A stretch of 64,000 bases of DNA from NCBI GenBank assembly GCA_051599415.1, contig AP039691.1, positions 620,001 through 684,000 on the forward strand, read 5' to 3'. Position numbers and translations under genes: made by a program. Below are positions 1 to 9,310 of the stretch, in pieces (the first letter of the stretch is position 1; each line of letters starts with the position of its first letter). This stretch comes from Savitreella phatthalungensis (lineage: Eukaryota). The notes beneath the pieces are model-generated. The model worked only from the letters and a program-made list of their open reading frames with translations, did no database searches and had not been told where the DNA came from.

Positions 1-534
1 GGCGTAGACGAGCTCGTGGGCGGCGGCATATAGGTCTGTGATATCGCCGACGCCGTGCTTGCCGACCACTCGCTTGTACCACGCGTGGCCTGCGGCGGCC
101 CGGCCCTGGACGTACAGCTCGTGACCAGCAGAGACGACGAGCATGCCGGTCTCACTCACCAGCCGGATACTCGGCATCGCTGGAAGTTTCCAGTCCAGTA
201 AAGAGCCCAGCACTGCTTGTCGATGTGCCAGGCCAGCTGCTGCACGCCGGTGGCGCACTAGCGCGATGTGAGAGGAACAGTGCTTTGGGAGCGGATAGAC
301 GTCTCGGAGACGGTAGTTGTGTAGGTCTGTGGTGCAGGCGGTGATATGACGTCTTGAGAAGTCGCCGACTCTTCGCCTGAGCGTGCATGATGCGGCAGCG
401 AGTGACAGGAGTGCGATCCCATGGTCGTCAATGCTCGCGAGACAGCACACCTGGTCGAAGATCACGTCAGGCACGACTTCAAGTCGAGCGTGCGGTCGCG
501 GAGCAAATACCCGCGCACACGGATCCAGGCGCAT
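1..534 (-). CDS. F-box-like protein (partial, 3' end beyond the left edge of the window), with a PAM2-like N-terminal motif
   Basis: Not in the ORF track because there is no stop in the window. Hand translation from ATG 534 is open to base 1: MRLDPCARVFAPRPHARLEVVPDVIFDQVCCLASIDDHGIALLSLAAASCTLRRRV... The LxxxPxxIxxxV...LLSLAAASCTLRR pattern resembles an F-box, and beta-rich sequence follows. Confidence 0.65.
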   Translation of the reverse strand, partial: MRLDPCARVFAPRPHARLEVVPDVIFDQVCCLASIDDHGIALLSLAAASCTLRRRVGDFSRRHITACTTDLHNYRLRDVYPLPKHCSSHIALVRHRRAAAGLAHRQAVLGSLLDWKLPAMPSIRLVSETGMLVVSAGHELYVQGRAAAGHAWYKRVVGKHGVGDITDLYAAAHELVYA

Positions 535-783
535 GGAGCAGCACGTCGGACGACGTGTCGACGCGCCTGAAGGACCAGACACAGGAGGTCGTGTGCGCAG
601 ATAAGTTCACTGTCAAGAAACTCTAGGCGTGCATTCGGGCATGATCTTTGCCCATTGAGACGTCATAGTGCTCATATTATCACATGCACATGTATGGATG
701 CTCGGAAGTGGAAGCAGCTCTACGCAATATTGTACAGGGGAATGCATACGCTACTTCTCTTGTCTTCGACTCTGACTCTGCCC

Positions 784-3000
784 CTACTTCTGAGCTACCA
801 ATCGACGTATCTGCGCGCCTGCGAGCTCGATGTCGTCGGCACGAAGTTCTTGAGGCATGCCGGCGATTCTGGCGATGAGTTGTGCTAGTTCTGTACGGGC
901 AACTCGCTGATGGAACGTCTGTGTGTGCATGGCGGGGATGGCGGCTACGACGCGTGAGATAAGAGTGCGGTCGACTTGCTTGGAAGAGGTGACAAGCTTG
1001 ACGACGTCGCTGTAGAGTTGTCCGCAAGTCGACCAGCCGCGAACACCCTGCGTGTGGCCGTCGAAGCGAGCTAGCAGTGTGCTGAGCTCATCGAATCGGC
1101 CGGAGATCACGGCCGCTGGACCGATATGCTGGTCAATTGTCCTGTGTGCTTCGTTGTAGAGGCCTGCATCGAGCAGGAGAGACGCAACGCGCGCATGCTG
1201 TCCCTGAGAGCGCGCCTGCAGAGCGGCAGCCTCGAGAACCCATTGCCGAGGCAGGTCTAGTGTGAGCAGTCTCTCCATCTCGACAGGACAACGTGCCAAA
1301 ACTGCCTTGACGCCTGACTCGTTCGCAGTCTTGCTTCCGATACACGATGCGACTGCAAGCGCCTCCAGCCACAATCCGGCATCAGCGAGCTGGGCGGAGA
1401 AGGCTAGAGAGAGCTGATCGTAAGTGAGCTGTGCCGCTGCGTCAAGGCTGCCAGACGTCCTGGCCGCGAGGTAGGTGGCAAGGAGCCAAGGTTGGGTGGC
1501 ATCGAGGAGATTTGCTCCGCCTGCTCGAGGGTCTGCGAGTTCTGCAAGCGATTTGTCGGCCGTACATGCGTGCCGCAAGAGCAGATAGTCGATGTCATGA
1601 ATGCCGAGTTCACCTCTCATCGGAGCGGCACTGCCTGCTGCCCGCTCGTAAAGGTCAAACGCTTCATCAAGTCCGTCGGCAAGGCTGGCGCCGTACCATA
1701 ACTTCAGGCCAAAGCAGCGCCGCCAATCAAGTCCGTTGCAGAGCTGCAGATCTTTGCCTGCAAGGCCGTCTGATGACCTGCCCGTGCCGCGCGAGACGGT
1801 CGTGTTTCCCGAGAGGAGTTCGTAGATCATGCGATAGGAGGTGCCAACGTGAGGGAGGGAGGAGGAATCTGCAAAGTCCGCCAGCTGATCAGCCATGGCG
1901 CCGCGGAAGTCACTGTCACCGCCAGCTTGCGCTAGCAATGTAGCAAGACGAAGATCGCGGTTCTTTAGAGCCAGTGCACACGCCTCGACGATCTGCCCGC
2001 CGGTCAAACGGGCGAAGACGCGCTCAGAGGTGTCCAGCGCCCTCTGCTCGTCTGTACGCACGCTGTCGGCCACGCGCTTCCTGAGCCAGTCGCCAACAGC
2101 TGTTTTACGATTTGTTACAGCGTCGTCAAAGAGTGCGCTGGTAAGCAGCCAAGTCTGCTTGGCGTCGCCTGAGAAGGTCTCTGCTACGTGCGCTGCTGTT
2201 GTGCGTGGCGTGCGTCGCAAGTCTGCGGCTAGTGATGTGATGATGCTCGATGGGCACCGAACGGCAGGACAAGTTGAGATCAATGAGATTCTGTTGCCGG
2301 ATGCTTTGATACCTCTGCCGCCTCTCCCCCAACCGAAGATGAATCGTCTCTCTTCGACTTTAGTCTGAGCGCGTCGACGGCCGAAGAGGTCTTGCTGCAG
2401 ATCCGCCAGGTCATATTTGTGCTGCTGCTCTCTCCTTGGCCGCTTCCGGGCTTGTGAGCGAGCAAGCAATATTGATCGACTCTGTAGATCCTGTAGCTGA
2501 GCAGGCCAGTCTTCTGGAATCGAGTCCTCATCTGCCATCATACCCGTTTCGTCACCGAAATTGATCTCTTCTTCGTAGGAGATCCGGCTGATTTGTGAGC
2601 CGTCTGCCATGATGTCCTGGCGAGTGGCTTCTGCATTCGTCTCGTCATCATGCATGATCATTGTGGCATCTTGAATGGTGTTGTCTCCGCGGTACGCTGG
2701 TGCTGCTGAATGCTCTGCTGCCTGTGGTGACTTGTTGTTTTGGACGTTGTCACTGCTACTGCTTTCTGGCTCATCTGCCCTGTTCACTAGACGGCTGCCT
2801 TGTCGTGCATGACCCGGCCGTGCTGGCGTGTACTGCTGAGACTGATAGTTTGAGCGAGCAGTCCCCCTGTGCTGCAAAGGGCTAGGCACGTAGGCGCCTG
2901 GCATACGAAGAAATAAATCATCTGAGACCTTGTCTGGAGCTGGAGACGACTTTGCGTCTTGTGCGTCACCAGTGACACCTGCCAGACCGAAGCGAACCAT
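784..3000 (-). CDS. NUP96: Nucleoporin Nup96 (Nup145C/Nup189C-like), encoded without the Nup98 half
   Basis: 738 aa ORF with Nup96 motifs FIFGWGRGG, LTGGQIVEACALALKNRDLRLATLLAQAGG, IYELLSGN and LDWRRCFGLKLWYG. In-frame stop at 3016-3018, just upstream of the ATG. Confidence 0.9.
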   Translation of the reverse strand: MVRFGLAGVTGDAQDAKSSPAPDKVSDDLFLRMPGAYVPSPLQHRGTARSNYQSQQYTPARPGHARQGSRLVNRADEPESSSSDNVQNNKSPQAAEHSAAPAYRGDNTIQDATMIMHDDETNAEATRQDIMADGSQISRISYEEEINFGDETGMMADEDSIPEDWPAQLQDLQSRSILLARSQARKRPRREQQHKYDLADLQQDLFGRRRAQTKVEERRFIFGWGRGGRGIKASGNRISLISTCPAVRCPSSIITSLAADLRRTPRTTAAHVAETFSGDAKQTWLLTSALFDDAVTNRKTAVGDWLRKRVADSVRTDEQRALDTSERVFARLTGGQIVEACALALKNRDLRLATLLAQAGGDSDFRGAMADQLADFADSSSLPHVGTSYRMIYELLSGNTTVSRGTGRSSDGLAGKDLQLCNGLDWRRCFGLKLWYGASLADGLDEAFDLYERAAGSAAPMRGELGIHDIDYLLLRHACTADKSLAELADPRAGGANLLDATQPWLLATYLAARTSGSLDAAAQLTYDQLSLAFSAQLADAGLWLEALAVASCIGSKTANESGVKAVLARCPVEMERLLTLDLPRQWVLEAAALQARSQGQHARVASLLLDAGLYNEAHRTIDQHIGPAAVISGRFDELSTLLARFDGHTQGVRGWSTCGQLYSDVVKLVTSSKQVDRTLISRVVAAIPAMHTQTFHQRVARTELAQLIARIAGMPQELRADDIELAGAQIRRLVAQK

Positions 3001-3437
3001 TCCAAGGTTCTCTTCTCAATCCTCGTGAACCAGGTGGACAATCAGTCCGACTGCTTATGTGTACTTGAACGTATCTGTAGTAGATGACTGGCGATGGGGA
3101 TGTTGCTGAGAGGTAGTAACGTTGGTTGGCAGTTGATGTTTGTGCATTCTGATGCTTGTGTGCACGTGCTTGATTCAAGTCAGTCATGTCATTCCTAATT
3201 CGACCCGAGTCATAACTTTTTCTATTTCAGGGTGTCCAGTCATCTCGAGGACATCCTCAAGGTCAAAGGCTTGACAAAGACAGGTAGAACTGAAGAAGAC
3301 CTTCTTGCTGTCAAAGGGTCAGACTCTCTTCTATCTACACATCATCTTTTTCTAGCAACTTCACTTGCTGTCTCGTGAAGTATATTTATCCATCTTCTCA
3401 CCTCCGCTCTCTCACTGGGATACTCCTATCATCAGTC

Positions 3438-4760
3438 ATGTCCTCGTTTGGTACAATCTTCAAGGTGATGACAGCAGGCGAGTCGCACTGCAAGTCAGTC
3501 TCGTGCATTGTCGAGGGAGTTCCTCCTGGCATGCGTCTGGTGGAATCTGATATCCAGACGCAGCTTTCTCGACGCCGTCCAGGACAATCGCGCTTGACGA
3601 CGCCGCGTGACGAGAAGGATGCTGTCGAGATTCACTCTGGCACGGAATTTGGCGTCACGCTCGGTACGCCAATCATGATGCTCGTGAGGAACCAAGACCA
3701 ACGTCCGCACGACTACTCCGAGACGGACCTGTACCCTCGGCCCTCCCACGCGGACTGGACGTACCTTCAGAAGTACGGCGTCAAGGCGTCCTCGGGAGGT
3801 GGCAGGTCGTCAGCTCGTGAGACGATCGGTCGTGTAGCTGCTGGAGCGCTGGCTGAGAAGTACCTCCGTGAGGCGTACGGGGTGGAGATCGTGGCTTTCG
3901 TGTCGTCAGTGGGAAGGGTCAAGGTGCCCAGCGTGGTGGCTTCGACGGATGCGGATGATGTTGATGACATCGAGTCGCCCGTCTCAAAGGAGTATCTCGA
4001 CATGCTGAACGCCATCACGCGCGACAAGGTCGACGAGTCGCTTGTCCGGTGCCCTCACGAGGAAACGGCGACCAAGATGATCTCCCGAATCGAGCGCGCC
4101 AAGGCTTCTCAGGACTCGATTGGCGGCACGGTCACCTGCGTGATTCGGAACTGTCCCGTGGGTCTGGGTGAGCCTTGCTTCGACAAGTTCGAGGCTGCGC
4201 TCGGCCACGCCATGCTGAGCATTCCGTCGACAAAGGCTTTCGAGATTGGTTCAGGCTTCGCCGGCACAGAGGTCTCCGGGTCGAAGCACAACGACGCCTT
4301 CCTCCACAAGACTAACCCGCAGACGGGAAAGACCTACCTCGCCACCGCGACAAACAACTCTGGCGGTGTCCAGGGCGGAATCACCAACGGCGAGCACATC
4401 TTCTTCCGCGTTGGGTTCAAGTCGCCTGCGACCATCGGCCAGGGTCAAAAGACGTCGACTTATGAGGGTGTGGCGGGTGAGCTTGCCGCTCGAGGCCGCC
4501 ACGATCCGTGTGTCGTGCCTAGAGCAGTACCGATCGTCGAGTCGATGGCTGCGTTGGTAGTCATGGATCAGCTACTCATCCAGCTATCCCGCCAAGCCTC
4601 CAGGTCCGTTCTCCCGCCGCTCGCAGCACAGAAAGGTCAGCCAGAGCACGTCGACGATGGCCGTGGCGCTCTACGTGTCCTCAAGCCTTCTCAGACCGTC
4701 GTCGGTGGCACGGCAGCAGTCGAGCGCGTGCAGGCAAATGAGCGTGGTGATGCTGCGTAG
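3438..4760 (+). CDS. ARO2: Chorismate synthase
   Basis: Starts MSSFG...TAGESH; motifs RPSHAD, GGGRSSARETIGRVAAG, TNNSGGVQGGITNGE and RGRHDPCVVPRAVPIVE. First ATG is at 3438; the track start at 3375 is GTG. Confidence 0.97.
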   Translation: MSSFGTIFKVMTAGESHCKSVSCIVEGVPPGMRLVESDIQTQLSRRRPGQSRLTTPRDEKDAVEIHSGTEFGVTLGTPIMMLVRNQDQRPHDYSETDLYPRPSHADWTYLQKYGVKASSGGGRSSARETIGRVAAGALAEKYLREAYGVEIVAFVSSVGRVKVPSVVASTDADDVDDIESPVSKEYLDMLNAITRDKVDESLVRCPHEETATKMISRIERAKASQDSIGGTVTCVIRNCPVGLGEPCFDKFEAALGHAMLSIPSTKAFEIGSGFAGTEVSGSKHNDAFLHKTNPQTGKTYLATATNNSGGVQGGITNGEHIFFRVGFKSPATIGQGQKTSTYEGVAGELAARGRHDPCVVPRAVPIVESMAALVVMDQLLIQLSRQASRSVLPPLAAQKGQPEHVDDGRGALRVLKPSQTVVGGTAAVERVQANERGDAA

Positions 4761-5564
4761 ACTATAATTACTATTGCAATTAGGTCGGAAACATAGACAT
4801 TCGTGATGAGTGTGATACTGATGTGAGCCGATCCCTCATGGGTTACAGACCGACTTTATATGTTCGATCACTGCTACGGACGTGTCTTCACTAGCAGACA
4901 TATCCCTGGCTGAACTGCTTGGCAGTCCCTCTGAAAGCATGCACTTCATCCGTGCCACATACGCCGTGCGTTAAACCCTCTCGACACTTAGAGGAGTTTG
5001 ACCATGATTTTGTAATTCACAGCACGGGTGGCCATTAGTGCTAGTCAGAAGACTATATTATATCTGATCAGTGCACAGGTAACTGACTGACCTTCGGGAT
5101 TAATGGAAGGTAGATGCACGAATTCAAGGATTTTCTTCTCGGGGACAATATATTCACCGAGGCCGCGAAAGCAGTGAGGCTGCCGCTTTGATTGACCGCA
5201 ACAGGAAATCATGGAGTGCAAGTCGATTCCGACTGATTGATCGACTGGTTGATTGATAATCTTCGGATAATCTTTCTCCCAAACTTACCGATGCAGTATA
5301 GGCATGCCGGACACCGAGAATCTGGTCAGTCGAGTCGGAGTGAAGGGAGATTATTTTTTTTTCCTCTACATTATGGATCTATCATTATCGTCGTCGGGGA
5401 TTCATCCTTCGTACTTCGTGAATCGTCTCTTTCTCGTTACTCATGTCTCGTGTCTGGCATTTACGTTTTCTCGTGTGTCCCTGCGGACTGTCTCGTGAAT
5501 CGTGATTCATTGATTCGTGATGGGCGGAAGTCATTTGTCATGAGGGTGTCGTAGGATATCGCAC

Positions 5565-6113
5565 TTAGCAGACGGCGACGCGAGTGCCGGCAAATGCGCA
5601 CGAGGTGTCGAGTGATGGTCGCCAGGGCTCGTCGCTCGAGAGTGCCGGCAGGCCTGCAAAGACAATCATGTCTGCGCAAGCCAGGTCAGACGGTCTCCGA
5701 GGAGATCGACCTGCAGCCAGGTCCGAATCCACTGAGCTGCCACGGCGACCGGAGAAAGAGGCGTCAGAAGCACGCGAGCGAGAGATCGAGCGCTCGGCTG
5801 ATGGGTTGTACTGGAGCGTGCGCCCACGTGGCTCAGGCTGAAACGATGCTGCGGATGAGGAGGATCCGTTGCGTCGCTTTGTGATGTTGATGGAATCCAT
5901 CGAGGCCTGGCGGGAGATTCCTGCCGACGAAGCAGAGGAGGAGTTCGACTTGGCAGATCCGCGGCGGCTTGGGTGAGTATGCGAGTGCTTCGATGACGAG
6001 CGGCTCGATGATTTTTTTGATGATTTTGATTCTGTTTTGGAGGAAGAGCTTGCACCGAGCTTGAGCTTACGGTCAATGTAGCTCTCGACAATGGAGACAA
6101 AGATGTTCTGCAT
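5565..6113 (-). CDS. Hypothetical Ser/Arg-rich low-complexity protein (182 aa)
   Basis: True ATG in a good context (ACTATGC), A/C-rich leader and TATA-like TATAAG at about 6244-6249 on the minus strand. Several RRxS motifs. No recognisable domain. Confidence 0.55.
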   Translation of the reverse strand: MQNIFVSIVESYIDRKLKLGASSSSKTESKSSKKSSSRSSSKHSHTHPSRRGSAKSNSSSASSAGISRQASMDSINITKRRNGSSSSAASFQPEPRGRTLQYNPSAERSISRSRASDASFSGRRGSSVDSDLAAGRSPRRPSDLACADMIVFAGLPALSSDEPWRPSLDTSCAFAGTRVAVC

Positions 6114-7695
6114 AGTGATGATTGTTCGTGTTGAAGGTTGTGGTTATCGATGTGAATGGGTGGATGGCGGTGACTATTGGCACTGGAGTTGTTTTGTTAG
6201 GTTGTTCGTTGAGTTCTTCACAGATAGCGGGGTCAGGCATGTACTTATAGACCTATAGGGACATCAGGGACTGAGAGTGAGCTATGTTGCCGATTACACA
6301 TCTTCGGTATTCGCGTGAAGCATGATTTGTTTTCCACCCGCATGCTGACAGTCAGCAAGCTTAGCAAGAACCGATGGCGAGCTTGTCTAAGCGACCCTCA
6401 TAGAATAAAAGATAGAGCTGGTCGCCGTGGAATTCATTTTTCCTACCGTCACGAGGGCGACTACTGCTTTTGAGACTCTTCTGCTCCCGGACTCGTTCCT
6501 CATAGGCGGATGGCAGAATAATCAAGCTTCCTCGACTGTTGGGACATGCAGGGGATTCGCGGCGAATTTGTCAATCAATGTAGAAGTTCAGATGGATTTG
6601 TAACGCGCAACTTCATCTCAGTGGACGCCACATGAAAAAGATTACTGTCCGAGAATCGTGACCTTGATCAGAACCACAAAGCGTATGGACAATGTGGACG
6701 AGGTGTAGTTACACAGATCACCCTCGGAGATGATAACGATTGGATGCCGATACCCATGAGATCGACATCGGACCTCTGCCAGATGGAACACATGCTTGAC
6801 AATCGACATCAGAAAGCTTAGCATGAATGAGTTGAGGGATTCCACACAGATGATCGCGTCACTTCGGTGACTCAGCTTACCCGGGGCTAGCATTCCTCTA
6901 TGCTCTGCAAACAGTAATCACACAGTCGACCACAAGTTGGATTTCTAAACAATTGAAGTGATCTGATCGATCAGATGCAAACTGGGAATGCATGTACAAG
7001 GCTGAGGTATCAATCGATGCAGATTCTCTCTCATGAATTCTAATGATCTTTTGATTGTGGAGCACCCACCTGGATCTGGACATTACATTTACAATCCCCA
7101 CCTGTCGTGACGTCTTTTGCAAGGGTTTGAGATGACTGAAAATCTCACGTGAGCGTGTGGCTACGAAGCGTGTTTGGCCACACTGCCACCGCAGTGACTG
7201 CATACTGGTACCATTGCGACAGAACCACAATCCCTGCATGTGCTTTTCAACCTGACTGCAGCCACATGTTTTTGAATAAACTTTAGAGTGATGAGTCTTC
7301 CATGAAAGTTTCAGTCGCTTCCACAGGTCAGAGGGTCAACCACGCCGGACATGGCCAATCTTGTACCACATCCGCGTCGATCACGCCTCGCCGCTTTCGT
7401 TCCCCACTGAAAAGCTGCTTCAAAATGAAACTTGATGCACAAAACCAACCACAGTCAAATCGATGTCACCGGTAGCTGGCCTGCTCGTCAATCATATCTT
7501 TTAGTGGCGAGATAAGTGCTATTGTGTGACTCGACTTTCCCCAATGCACGACGTCAACGGCAGAGGCAAGATGGCTTCCTTTGGTCGCTCCATCAAGATC
7601 ATGCGTCGTTGCATCCTTGCCATATGCCTTCCGTCTCTCCTGGTCCTCTTTTGCATCCACTTGCCACTCTCTTCACCGAGATCTCCAAGGGAAGA

Positions 7696-8310
7696 TCACT
7701 CCTTTGATAGGAAAGCGGTGATGGCCATGCCACCGAGCAGGAGCACTCTCAAGAACGGGTAGTCGTTCATCGCAAGCGTCACCATCCCTACATAAGGCAT
7801 AAACCCACGGACGATCCCCACCACATCCTCGTCCCGCTCGAGGTAAGACTGACCACGGTGGTAGAGTGACTTGTCGTCATCGTCGTTGTTGTCTCCCTTT
7901 GTGAGGAGGTACTGCTTCTGGAGAGGTGGGTTCGGCTGGGCGAATGGGTTCACTCTCGCACCTTTGTTCGACTCTCCTCGCCGGTAGTTGGCATTGCCGA
8001 TCTTGACGCTGACGTCTGCTGTTTTGAATGATTGGATGACGCGGTGGACGATAGGGATCTTGCGTTCTTGAACGTTGTAAACGACGACGTCGCCTATGCC
8101 GGCGTACGTCGGCAGATTTGTGAGGAAGAGCAGGTCGCCACGTTGGAAGGCAGGTTCCATCGAGCCTGAAAGTACCACCACAACGGGTGACTCGCAGTCA
8201 ACGGCAAGTGAGAGAGCCTTCCATGACATAAATGCGCCTGTACCGACAAGGCATAGGTTTAAGAATTGCAGCAAGGTGCTCCGAATCGAGAGCGTGCTGA
8301 AATCGAGCAT
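7696..8310 (-). CDS. SEC11: Signal peptidase complex catalytic subunit Sec11
   Basis: Motifs SPVVVVLSGSMEPAFQRGDLLFL, IPIVHRV, LLTKGDNN and PYVGMVT. Confidence 0.96.
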   Translation of the reverse strand: MLDFSTLSIRSTLLQFLNLCLVGTGAFMSWKALSLAVDCESPVVVVLSGSMEPAFQRGDLLFLTNLPTYAGIGDVVVYNVQERKIPIVHRVIQSFKTADVSVKIGNANYRRGESNKGARVNPFAQPNPPLQKQYLLTKGDNNDDDDKSLYHRGQSYLERDEDVVGIVRGFMPYVGMVTLAMNDYPFLRVLLLGGMAITAFLSKE

Positions 8311-8620
8311 CTCTGTGAGTATTTGAGTGTGAGAATGGAGCTACTGATTGATGGGCTATGAACTCGTGACGGAGAGATGCTGGTAGTTGATAGAAGCTGA
8401 TGACAAGATGGTATGGGCTGTGTAGACGTGCACTGCTCCAAGTCGCGTTTTGACTTGCTGGCTGCATTGAGGGTCCGATCCACAGTCCAGACTCAATGGG
8501 TTGATCATAAAGTCGAAACACGTGCTGGATGAGAGTTGATGGATTTGATGGATCTGACCCTGTGGATGAAGCCCCACAGGAGAATGCACAAACTTCAATG
8601 GAGGTACTGCATGAATCTCA

Positions 8621-8686
8621 GATACAGTATATACATACGTTCACATACGTACAACGATACAGTATACACGTTCACATACGTACAAC
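8621..8686. repeat. Imperfect tandem duplication (35 bp + 31 bp)
   Basis: GATACAGTATATACATACGTTCACATACGTACAAC (8621-8655) is followed directly by GATACAGTATACACGTTCACATACGTACAAC (8656-8686). Confidence 0.85.
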
Positions 8687-9310
8687 ACTATAGAACGCTG
8701 GAGCCAGTGTATCTGACCTATTATAGCCTGCGACGATCTGAAACGAATTCGAATGACTAGATTACTAAAACTTAAAATTGCACTTTTATGCTTTACCTAA
8801 TTTTGGAAATCTGTTTTGATTTCTTCTGTTATTTGATTGAAAGCGTGCACGTGTTGAAGGACATTTGTTATCTGAGCAAGGTTTACGTGTATATCAAATT
8901 GCGTTGCTATGTACATGCACGGTTTACGTGGACGAGCAGTGTGTATGTGAGTGAGCGAGTGATTGGAGACTTGCTTGACTTTGTGTCACTCTTCCTTTAA
9001 CGGACGTATCCAGTAATAACCCTACAAGGACAAAGCTGCATAGCCAGTCAACAGCTAGGACAACGGCGTGCGCTCTACGCCCCAGGGCCTACGTATCTGC
9101 GCCTTTATCCTGACCTGCCTCTTATCACAAACACTAGAAGCTGAATCATTTCAAGCTTTGTCCTTTCGAGTCAAGTCAATCTAGGCAATCCTAGGCAATC
9201 CTTCTTTCACTCCGCTCCACTCCACTCACTCAACCAGCACTCCGCGCCTACCAGTGCTTAAGCAGCATTCCAAATCCCCCTATAAAGTCAGATCCCGTCC
9301 TCCGTGCATC

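Noticed and set aside
3001..3041. Off-frame peptide STWFTRIEK just upstream of Nup96, faintly like the autoprotease end (GTWxFxVEHF)
   Set aside because: Different frame, no HF, and too short to distinguish from chance.
6642..7660. Short ORFs between the Ser-rich gene and SEC11
   Set aside because: No recognisable motifs or consistent exon chain.
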